This document shows positions 53,101-64,000 of a stretch of DNA of 64,000 bases, piece after piece. The notes below the pieces were generated by a model. That model saw nothing but the letters and a program-made list of their open reading frames with translations, was not told where the DNA came from and ran no database searches. This DNA is from Trichinella spiralis (lineage: Eukaryota), in the NCBI RefSeq assembly GCF_000181795.1, contig NW_003526943.1:5449806-5513805 (forward strand), read 5' to 3'. The position numbers were made by a program, and so were the translations under genes. Each line of letters opens with the position of its first letter. Position 1 is the stretch's first letter.

Positions 53101-54380
53101 ACGACGTTACTTTCTAGATCAACTTCATTCTCTGCATGAACATATGCAGAGAACTTTTTATAAAGCTGCGTCAAAGTCATCTGACAGACTTGAGACGTTA
53201 CAAGTAAGTCAAACGCTCTTCCTCTTTTCTTCAGCTGTTTATAAAGAATAATTTAACTGTGTATAATAATTGCTTTTTAGAAAATTTGCAAAGTCAACAT
53301 TTCTTTTGATAATTTTGCTCGGTGGTTACTATTTCGTCATGTCCATTCCAATGCTGATTATGGACACGGCAAAACTGACTGCTCAACTGCTGGCGTGTCT
53401 GTTTGTCGAACACGTTCTCAGCAGTTTACAGGTAAATGAGCCCTTTCTCTCCACAATCAGCAACAACTATTGGAAACTATCCTGTCATCAGCAAATTATT
53501 TGATAGTTCAATTTAGCGGATTAGTTGACTTTTGAAACTTCGCTTAATGAACGAACACTGATTCATTTTCAGGGTGTGCTAGTTGCCACGGTGTATTGTT
53601 TTTGCAATTCAGAAGTCCGAGCAGAAATCCAACGCCACTGGCAACGTTGGCTGCTTTTGCAAAGCATTCCCAAGCCTACCGAAGCTTGCAATCATCACAT
53701 TGTTCTGCTGAAGCAGGATTCGCGTGAGAAAGATATAGTGAAACAAAGCCGAGAGAAATGCGTCGACAAAAGTGAAAAAGTGCTGCTCCAGTCTGCTGAA
53801 ACTGCCTTGAAAATAACGTGGAAAAACAGATTTTTACGCTTTCTGAAATCTGGAAACTACACTTACGAGTGGGACACTTTTGGTCCTCGGGCTTGCAATT
53901 ACCAGGGCAATTTTGCCCAGAGCACTTGCTTTTCAACCGCGTGCAACAGCGTTCATTCCACAGTAACTGCAGCCAACTCGTACAGATTTACAGGTACTTT
54001 AAATTTTGAAACATATAAATAATATAATAATACAAATAAAGGAACAGAAGAAAAGAGCAACAGAGTTGAAGATATTGTTCAAAAATAAGAATTTTGCATT
54101 TTGCTTCAATTTTGCAGGAAATTTATTGTTGTCCACAAAAAGTGGCAGCAACCAGATGGGCAGAAATGTGGTCTGTTCAAATTATGCTGCAACGACGACC
54201 ATAAGCGGCACCAATTCGGAGAATTTTCCATCAGGTGCCCATCAGCATCTTCCTCTGAGGAGAATCTTTTGCCGCAGTGAAGATCTGCTGGACGCGCTTG
54301 AAGAGTCGCCGATTGGAAGCTTGTTGGATTCGGATAATTGCAGCCCAGCGCCGTCGCACAGTGCCGACGAGGCAGCTTGA
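50186..54380 (+). CDS. Class B1 (secretin-family) GPCR, most like invertebrate PTH-receptor-like proteins
   Basis: Signal exon 50186-50245 ([20 protein letters not shown]) joins 51199. Hormone-binding domain [17 protein letters not shown]...MPCP...C...W...Y..C; TM motifs [77 protein letters not shown]. Confidence 0.92.
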
Positions 54381-56063
54381 ATTGATGATGGTAAATGTTG
54401 TAATGAAATAAATGAAGACGAAGTTGAATTTGGAAACACCAAGCAGGCTGATTGCTTACTGATTCATAAATATGAACAGATAAAGAAAGACAAGCATGTC
54501 GAAAAATGTCCATCTAATCCGAAGGATGAATATCAGGAAGTCACAGGTCTGCTTTGTGTAAAATGAATATGATGAATAAGCATAAGAAAAGGGCGTTGAG
54601 CGAGAGAGAGAGAGAAGTTTCTCAACTGACGTTTAGCAGAATGTAAAGAAGCTAGTCATTATTTGATATCTGCATGTAGTCAGTCAGTTATTCGGCATTG
54701 AAGAAACAATAAACATAAAAATATTCATAACTGATTAATATTTATAAAATTCAATCATTTTCAAAGCAAACAGTTTCGCACACAATTAACAACGCACTGA
54801 AAGCGTTTCAGATTAAAAAAAGGTTCCACCTATCTATCTATCTATACTTTCTTTTTTTGCATGTCTTTTTGTTTTTTCTATACAAGTGTCGATATTTGCC
54901 AGTATTTCATCGCTTCAAAATCAAAATTAGCATGAGAAAAGACAAAACTTCAAAATCAATATTTTATTTTCTATAAACTGTGTAAACGCACTGTTGTTAT
55001 CATCAAAGTAAGAATAATAATGATAATGATGATTCTGAATACTTTATCAAAATTCGCCTACTGTTGAATTGCATGCAGCAAAAAATGTCTCTTTTTTGCT
55101 TTTCTCCAAAATTAACACACACAGTAACCACATTAAAACACAAACACACACATACACTAAAACAACAGAAAAATATTTTCTAATGACACAAGCAAAGACA
55201 CCGCCGCCGTGTAGGCAAAATACATGAGAATTCCGTGTAGCAGGTAGAGTATCCATTCGAAACCGGGTCAAAAACACCGCCTTGTGAACACACATACACA
55301 TCAAATTCAACCCAGTAGTAGAAGAAAAAAGAAAAAATCACACACTCAAAAATAGCAAACTGATATATATATATGCATTAAAAAGTGTGGGTGGTTACTG
55401 TTCAAAAATAGCGAAAAAATATGGGGAAAAAAAATGGCTAGCTAATACAAACGATGAGGTACTTGGAAATGACGCACCGCAAATCAGTGGAGCCGTGAGT
55501 AAACTTTAAGAACGGGACAAAGGAAAAATGCAACTGCACACTTTGAGCATGTGCTCGAGCACAACAACTTTCGAAGAAAAAGAAGCAAACAGTGAATAAT
55601 AATAATAATGATAATAATAATAAAATGAGTGAGACAAACAAAATTTTGACCAGAGATAAAAAAAGAAATTCACCTGTGAGAGGTTGAAAATTTTTTCAAG
55701 AACAGTTAGTTTCTCATCATCAACTGGATGAAAACAATAAAAATCTGAAAATTCAGAATATAATAAATAAAATTCTTGTCGATTGTTACCAACAAAACAA
55801 AAAAAGTCATCAACGACAGATACAACCAACTAACCAATGTCATTTTCTGCCTATCAACTGGGAAAATGTGCAACAAAAAACAGCAGTGCACACTACACAC
55901 ATTCCGTAACAACCGACAAGAAAAAATGAAATAACCTCAAGTAACTTGAAAAAAATGCAAAAAGAAGAAACTATATAACTAACTACAAACGGTTCACGAA
56001 ACCCGAAATGGGAAAGAATAGGATGAAGAAAAAGCAATGATAGCAATAGTGAAAAAAGAACAG

Positions 56064-56103
<40 letters not shown>
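56064..56103. repeat. (TAG)n microsatellite in the hlh-11 3' region
   Basis: About 13 perfect TAG units. Confidence 0.95.
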
Positions 56104-56281
56104 CAATAATGTAAAATAATGCAGAGCTGAAATATAAACTGCATGAAGATAATGAAAAACGCACTGAGTAAGTAAGTATTTTTGGAAAAAATGATGATGA
56201 TAGGGGTAAAAATCAGAAGCGTCGTACAGACACAAAAAATATATCACCATGCTGGCCGCACCGTGTACTTTCCTACACCGA

Positions 56282-59200
56282 TTACAAATTGCACTGACCA
56301 TTGTTGGGTGGTTCCTTTTTGGGAAAATTGTTGCTCATTTCCTTCTGTCGACGGCTGCTGGCAGCAGAGGTGTTGTCGGCTTTGGTGTCGCTTTTTGCGG
56401 TTGGGTGTGGTTCCACATCATTGAACAGGTGATCACCTTCGAGAAGTCGAATCGCATCGATGATCGAACCCAAGCCTTTCGTCTGGGGCACAGTAACGTG
56501 ACCTGAGTGGAGAAAGTTTCCGTGATTAGCAGCAGCAGCAGCAGCAAGCGTTGGAGGAGGAATGCCTGCGAACGACGAAAAGCATCCTGCAGAATCGAAA
56601 GAGTGAGCAGCGTTCCAACCACTGACCGAAACAGTGGTTGGCGACAGCATCGCAGTGACGGCTGCCAGCGGTGATGTACTGAATACCGGACTCCGTCCTT
56701 GGGTGCCGGATGTTTGGGGCGAAACGTGGACAACGTTCGCCGACTCTGCCGCGTTCGAAGCGGTCATGAACGGAGGAGCCTGAGCAGTTGGCAACGAAGA
56801 AGTGACCACCGCAGCATGGGTTGAAAATGGAACCTGAACTGTCGGACCAAAACCATTGCCAACTGGTAAAAGCGTCGCCTGATGATAACTGTTCACCGGA
56901 AATTCGAGCATCGAAACTCCGGACACTTGACTCAACGACTACAACATACCAAGCAACAACCAATCAATGATCAGAAAACGAATGTAAATTTTCACCAACA
57001 AAATTCTAACCAATCAAAAATTACCGACAAAATTATAAATAAATACACATTTACAGAATGAAATCAAAACTGTGTGTGTTTATATTCACAAAACAAACAA
57101 TTCTCCTTTCCATTCAATGCACTATTATCTAATTTCACGACTGTTATATTAAATTACTAGCGATTATTTATACAAATATTGCACCAGACGCAGAAGCAGA
57201 AAATGGTAATTAAAATTGAAACATTCATTCTCAATAATAATGCAAACAGCAACAGAACAACAGTGCTTCATTTCAGTGCTTTTGACAAATGTGAAATTTC
57301 ATATGATTTCAATTCAACAAACATGCAAAGAGTAAATAAAAACACATTAAACAGATGGATGCAAAACTGAATCTGAGAAAACCCATATCTATCCGATGTA
57401 CGCAGAACATTTGGCGCCAATTTAATCCATCATTTAACATCAGTTGGCATGCTAATAATAATAATTATAATAGCAGCAACGGTGAAATTTAATTAAGTGA
57501 AGACAAAAGAAAAGCTTGGCCTCCCTTGAACCCAATTTCTGTGAATCGTTTATTTGGAGAGAAAACATGAACAAGTATAGGTAGACAGTGGGTGTGTCGA
57601 ACAAAGTCCCCCCCCTCTGCAAATCACTACACTGTTAATCAACATGTTCTAATTTTGTACATTCAACAACTAACGATAAATTGTACTGAATGTCAATTGA
57701 ATTTATCATTTTAGCGTTGACCTAAAAATAGGAGAAAAGGAAAAAAAATTACTATATTAAATTTGCAAAAATTGAATATTTTCAAGTGCATACAAAAGTG
57801 TGAAAAATTATGAACGAAACGACGACGTTCATGCTTTTACCGCTCCTTTTTATTACCAACTGAATAATCTTTACATTTCTGTCAAATTTCAAACCAAACG
57901 AATAAATCTGTACAGTAACAACAACAACAACAACAAACAAACAAAAAAACATCAACGGCGGCTTCAGTAAAAGTTTCACAAGTCAAACAAATGTTATACA
58001 ACGCAATTATAATAATAAATTGGCCGTCTAGAATTTCTTCCACAACTCCAATTAATAATAGAACGCAAACTCATTATTATTATTATTATTTATGATGCTC
58101 GGAAAACTTGTGCATGTGCAAAATGAATTGAACTAGTTTTTATCATTCGAATAAGCAGCTTCTTTCTATGGAAAATTCAATTCAGATTGAAAATTAGAAA
58201 TATTTTCAATTAAAAAAAAAGAAATAGCTCATTGCTGTTTACGTAACAAACTGCTGTTCATGATTGATAATGTTAGCTAGGTAGCTAGCCTAGCTAGCAT
58301 GCGCAAAAAATCCAAACAACAACAACGAACAATAAACTAGTTTTCTCACACTTTTGGAAATAATAAATGAATGAATGAATGAAAGAACAACAGCTGCTGT
58401 AGGCGTGGTGCATTCATTCACCGAATTCATCATATTTAAACTGTTTGATCGACAATTTTTCATTGTGTCGTTTTATGCAACAATTTGTTGTAAAATTAAG
58501 AATGAAGAGAAAAAAAGAATTTACACTTTCGAAAATGCTAAACCAGTAGTAGTAGTAGTAAGTGTACAGTATGTTTTTCTATAATAGCAAGACAGATAGA
58601 CCTGATTTTTACACCTGCTATATAACAATGGAAAATTATTAACATTAAAACGTTGATGAGAGAAATGGTTAAATTTGAAAACATGCTTGCTGTTGCTGTT
58701 GCATTTAAATTGAAAAAGATAAACCTAAATAATAATAATAAATGTTCACTTACGTTGAAATGATTTATCTCCAAATTATTGCATTGTCTCTCGCGCATTG
58801 CTCGAAGTTGTCGTTCGTGATCGTAAGCAAGGTGCAGTTCAATAATTTTGCGTTTCATATATCTGAATTCGACAGATGTATTGTCGGTGAAGTCGGTCTG
58901 GCAAGCAACAGAAAACTTTGAGATCGGTCTCCCAATACTAGTGGAATCGGAGCCTAAACGTGAAGAAGAATCTGTAGACAAGAGAAGAAATATATACATA
59001 TTGCCCCGTCCCGCCCCCCCCTACCTCGCCAAGTTTTCTGACGTTTGCGCGAAGAGCATCCTCCTCCTCCTCCTCCTCCTAAAACTCCATTGCTTGTTGC
59101 CAACGCGTCCGGATATATGCTATCGATGAACAACGATTCACTTGTCTGCACTCCAACGTCGACCAATTCATTATCTTCCAAGCACGGATGAGCTTGGAAT

Positions 59201-61852
59201 CCTTTCGAATCGTACGCCTTCTGCAGTTTCACCAACTTTTTCGTCATATCTGCAACTTTGCAATTCAAACTGTGCACATGCTGAGCAGTTTGTTGCAAAA
59301 TTGCCGCCTACAAAAACAATATGAAAGAAAATGTATTTTTTTTAATAAACCACAACAAACTCTTTCTTCTTTGCTTTGACAAAGCAAATCTGATTACTGA
59401 TAAAAACCAAGATGAAAAAAAAATTTGTACGACAGTTCTCTCAAATGGAATATGAAAAACAGATAACTTTCACCGATTGCAATTTAAATTAACGATAATG
59501 TAAATCAATTGTCAAATGCACAATATCAAGCCAGCTGATGTTCTGTATTATTATTAATTCATCTCAACGTAATTTAATGATGCGTATCTAGACGTTTAGC
59601 AAAGGTGGAAAAAATAACAGCTGCACCTCACCTATACTGGTTATAAGTGATCATCAAATATTGTTTGTTCTACACTAATCAATTTTAAACTTTTTCATCA
59701 CCAATAAAATAGTGCTGATTGAAAAGTTGGAATAAAACAATTTGTGAACAACATCTACAAATCAAATGGTAACGCCGTGTGCTGAATAAACACCATCTCT
59801 GCAGAATAAGCCAGCTAAGCAAATACAATAAACAAGCAAATACGTACAACATATAAAATGAAACGGCTTGGGTTACAAGCAGATCAAACATATATATATT
59901 TGTAAAGCATAAAGAAAACTAACAACAAAGAATTATGAACTCAGCTAGGACGGATTATTAAAAATTAAAAAAAGAAAATAACAGAAAATTACAATTGTCA
60001 AATTTAACAGTGAAAAATCACTTCAAAGAAGCGCAAACAACAAGGCGATTAAACGAGGACGTCATTTGAAATAATTACCTTAAACCGACCGGAATGACAT
60101 CGATTGTATGTTTGTTTGTATTTACGTCGAGTATTTACTTTTTTTAGTCAACTTGCCATTAATCACAGATAAAGTGTCTAATATGAAAACCTGCATCTAC
60201 ATCACCACCGGCACGCGACATTTGCTGTTATCAAAATAAACAAATTGTTATTTCAATGGTGAACAATAATAATGATACAAATCAAAGCGAAACACGAGTT
60301 TAATTGAAGAGAAATTTTTTGAAATATAATAATAATAATAATAATAAATAACCAGTGACCGCGTGTGATGGATCACAGTTTGTTCGATTTGATGAAATTT
60401 ATAAAAAGCAAGTAATTTGATCTTAATCATCATTCATTGTTGCTATTGTCAAAATGATCGTCAACAATATAATAGAAGGAAAACATGACAAGTGAGAGAT
60501 GGATTATTATTGTAAATTGACTACCCGCAAAAGTGTAAAGATATTACAAATTTATATGATTGCAATTGGTTAAGAATGGAAATAAAAAAGATGATTGTTT
60601 TTGTAAAGTGATAATAATTTAAAAAAAAAATTGAAAAAGCTGAGCGCTTGGATAAAAATAAAATAATAAAGCAGCAGTAATCAGTGTTGCAGTTGATTAG
60701 CCAACTAAACTAGCTGGCCGGCTGGCTGGTAAGTTATTAAGCAGTGACGAGCACGCGTGCGCATGATGAAAACGAGTTGAAACAACTTTTCTCCTAAAGT
60801 CGCGCGATTGCGTCATCGAGAAATCGATCGATAATTGTCATCGGTCTTCTCTTTCTTCTGTTCAGCGTGTTAAAATAATTTTGAGAGGGTGAATACCTGC
60901 TAATAAAAGCGATAGGGGCAAAAATCAAATTGATCGATTGATTTTGATGACGTAATCAACAACAACAACAACGACGAGAGAAAAAAAGTTCGATAAGAAG
61001 AAGCAGAAAATTTCACACACACACACACACACACGGACTGACAATATTGAATGACGCATTTTCGCGCTTTGTGATTTTCAAAGCTGTCAACCTGCTTGAC
61101 TTGCCTGCCAGCTGCCTTTTGACAGTGTTTGGCATTGTGCCAGCAGAGTTATTTTTAGCCGCTCGCGCGTTGGAAACAACTAACAAAAGCACGCGCGCGT
61201 TGTGTTGTTCAACAAACAGCTGCTGCAGCTACGGCTGATTTGTACAATTTTCTATTGTTTTGTTTTGATTTTAACGAATTTGTTTAACAAACAAACAAAC
61301 AAACAAACAAAATAAAGTTATAAGAAAAAAAAATTTTTTTCAAATATAAAAAAAATAAATGCACAAATGTTGTGAAAATGAAAATCAGTAATTAAGTAAC
61401 CGCTGCCTACCTTGCTCATTTTTTCTTCTTCTCGTCGTGGTAGCATCGCTTTCAGAGCTTGGAAACCGGCGTTGATGCTCTGCATGCGTCGACGTTCGTT
61501 ACTGTTGGCAATTTCCCTACGCAAACGTTTGTCAGCATCAAGACGGTGATGACGACCGTGATGTTTGGTAGTGACACCGGCTGCAGCGGCAGCAGCAGAA
61601 GCAGCAGCTGGAGGAGGCACTGAATTGCTGCCTGTGCTCTCTTTCATCGGTGTAGACAATCTACTACTATAAAAAACAGATTTGAACGATCAGAAAAAAA
61701 ATTTACATACAATACAATAGAGTAGAATAGAATAGAATAGAGTACTTGTTACAGATGCGAACTTTCGATTCGTAGTCAGGATCGGAACAGTCGTCGTTTT
61801 CGTCGTTGTCTTCAATATTCAATTGACGACGTTGATCACCGCCGTTCTTCAT
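56282..61852 (-). CDS. hlh-11: bHLH transcription factor AP-4 (TFAP4/cropped) orthologue
   Basis: Exons 61852-61746, 61666-61411, 59307-59025, 58971-58754, 56938-56282 in consistent phase. bHLH KRLRREIANSNERRRMQSINAGFQALKAMLPRREEEKMSK|AAILQQTA; AP-4 C-terminal motif LGSIIDAIRLLEGDHLF. Confidence 0.92.
61014..61033. repeat. (CA)n microsatellite
   Basis: About 10 CA units in hlh-11 intron 2. Confidence 0.9.
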
Positions 61853-61969
61853 CGGTTACGGTACAACAGAATAACAGGACAAAGCAAGAGATTGAAATTG
61901 AGAAAATAAGCTGTTGAAAAAATATGAATTAATTAAATTGTAAAAAAAACAACAATTATTATTATTATT

Positions 61970-62300
61970 AATCACGCACGCGAAAAGCATATTTGTAAAG
62001 TGGAAAAGTTTTGCAACGCGCGTGCTGGCGATGCGCCAACTTTTGACGAACGACTGACTGTACGCCAGCGGCCGCAGCGGCATGAGTGTTCGTTCACAAT
62101 GCGCGCACGCACAGATAGAAAGCGAAAGAGAGAGAAAGAGCGAAGTGAAAGACGTAACGCTGCGGCGCACCGAGCGCCGAGCGCCGAGCGTCCAGCGCGC
62201 GCGATCGATGAAGAATAATTCAAATGCCAACGTGGAACACGCGTATAAACTGCCATCGCATGCAGATGATCCACCACCATCGATCGATCGATCCTGATCA
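61970..62300 (-). promoter_or_regulatory. CpG-rich region upstream of hlh-11
   Basis: Dense CGCG/GCGC runs 120-450 bp upstream of the predicted ATG. Confidence 0.45.
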
Positions 62301-64000
62301 ATTGATTGATTGATTGAGTGATTGATTAAAAAAAATTAATTCACATTCTTCTCACCATTGTACGTTTTTTTTCAACAATTCAAATTTTCCCACTCTTCTT
62401 CTTCTTCTTCTGTACTTCAGCTGTATTTTTCTTTATGAAATTATTAACAGCTTTTTTACGACCATTATTACATTTAATTAATACTTTTCCTACTTTTTAA
62501 AACTTATATGAAGACATAAAGAAAAAAATGACTACAACAACGCCACCCAACACGCTGCCAACTGATACGAAAAACTCGCTTCAACCTGCCCGGCCGCCCA
62601 CTGAGCGCGGTATATTGTTTAAATTGGCAAAATGCCAGCCAATCCCGTTTCGGCAGTAATTTTTCAAGTAGTATGTAGCATCATTCCCCTCAATTGAACT
62701 ATTCCAATTTTCCCTTCTAAAATTATCCACTATTATTTCTTTTTATTAATCAAAAATTAAAAAAAAATAAATTATCATTTTGTCATTTTCAAATTTTCAA
62801 TACACTATTCTTGTTCATTTTACTCTCGTACGATTCATCTCAACTAATACCAATACATATGTATATACATATGGTAATATGAAAAAAAAATTAACATGGT
62901 AAAAGAATTTCATCGCCAAATATTAAATTAAAAAAATAAAATACATATATATATACATAATCATAATTTTATACTACTTACTTTCGATTGTAAAATAAAT
63001 TCAGTTGGACACACGTAAGCTATATGCGCTGGGACTACAGCCGTACGCGACCAGAGACCAACTACGAATGACGATTTTCAAACTAAGCACAAGCTTATAT
63101 ATCCGAGCCAGCTAGCGAACCGTGAAATCGGTTTCATTTCCTCCTTTCTGCCTGGCCGTTTGGCTTAGGCTGGGCTAAACCTTTCATTTTCGCATTACTC
63201 TATTCCATCCAACAAGGAAGTTACTACATTTCTATTACTATTATCTTTAATCAACCAACTTGGGAAACGGTCACATCCGTCAAACAAACCAACTAACCAA
63301 TTCACCCAACAAATCAACCCTGCTTACAATTTGTACATCTATTTTTTTTTTGATTAAAAAAGAATAATCCTCAATTTCTTTTATTTCAAATTATTTGCAT
63401 ATACACTATTTTTTTGTATTTTCAGTTAATTATATTTTATAATTTTAAATTAACTCGTGTTTGCTTTTGATTTTCATTCAAAAAATGATGTTCAACGAAA
63501 TATTTTCATTTTATTCACATTCAAATTTTCACCGAATTTCAAACATTGCAAGCAGCTGAAAAAAAGTTGCGCAATTTAAACAAAAGGAAAAAAGAATATT
63601 TATTTGTAAAATTTAATTCAAAAATACATTTTTGATTTATTTCACAATAATGAGTTGACAAAATTTTAAAATTTCAATATTTCACTAAAAGAAAACATTT
63701 GTTAATTATTCCAAGAAAAATTGTAGAAATTAATTTTTCTGCTGGAGATGAATTGTGCTTTTAATAAAAACTTTTTCAATATTCAATTGTGAAATAGAAT
63801 CAAAAAGATGAAAGAAAAAGTTCCCTATTAAATGCAATTTTAAAATTCAAAATTGCCACTTGATTATTCTTATTACAATTATTACTTGTGGAGGGATAGT
63901 TTTTGTGTAATTTTGAAATTTTAATTAAACATGCTATTTATAACACGTTGAAATGTACTACAATTTTATTTATTTCTTTCACGTATTTAAAACAACGCTT

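Noticed and set aside
54638..54652. GAATGTAAAGAAG resembling mature miR-1
   Set aside because: Lacks the 5' TGG and 3' end of miR-1, and no precursor hairpin is evident.
55438..56301. Hydrophobic poly-Leu/Tyr ORFs downstream of hlh-11
   Set aside because: Produced by microsatellites and T-rich 3'UTR composition.
58380..63560. Several CAGCTG E-boxes around hlh-11 suggesting autoregulation
   Set aside because: CAGCTG is common throughout the window (e.g. near 10447, 16290, 16324, 50058), so no enrichment can be claimed.

Overview
AT-rich eukaryotic genomic DNA with many 50-130 nt GT-AG introns and TTTCAG acceptors. It is nematode DNA, most likely a clade I species such as Trichinella; that assignment is an inference from inx-1/hlh-11 similarity, intron style and retention of BAMBI and a PTH-receptor-like GPCR. 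Spliced genes, in order: 3' part of NADH-glutamate synthase (+), RNase H2 subunit A (-), a 5-exon 291-aa type I membrane protein that the ORF track shows only as fragments (-), innexin inx-1 (+), fibrillarin (-), farnesyl/geranylgeranyl-transferase alpha subunit (+, with a GC-AG intron), a BAMBI BMP/activin pseudoreceptor (+), ribosomal protein S3a (-), a class B1 secretin-family GPCR (+) and bHLH AP-4/hlh-11 (-). The 40-45 kb interval holds a candidate solo LTR, a decayed pogo/Tigger transposon, an orphan ORF and a 10-N gap. The most interesting observations are a BAMBI gene flanked by clustered Smad-type motifs (candidate BMP feedback module), a 61-codon in-frame extension behind the GPCR TGA, and candidate unproductive-splicing cassettes in fibrillarin and rps-1. 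Family assignments come from remembered motifs, not database searches.
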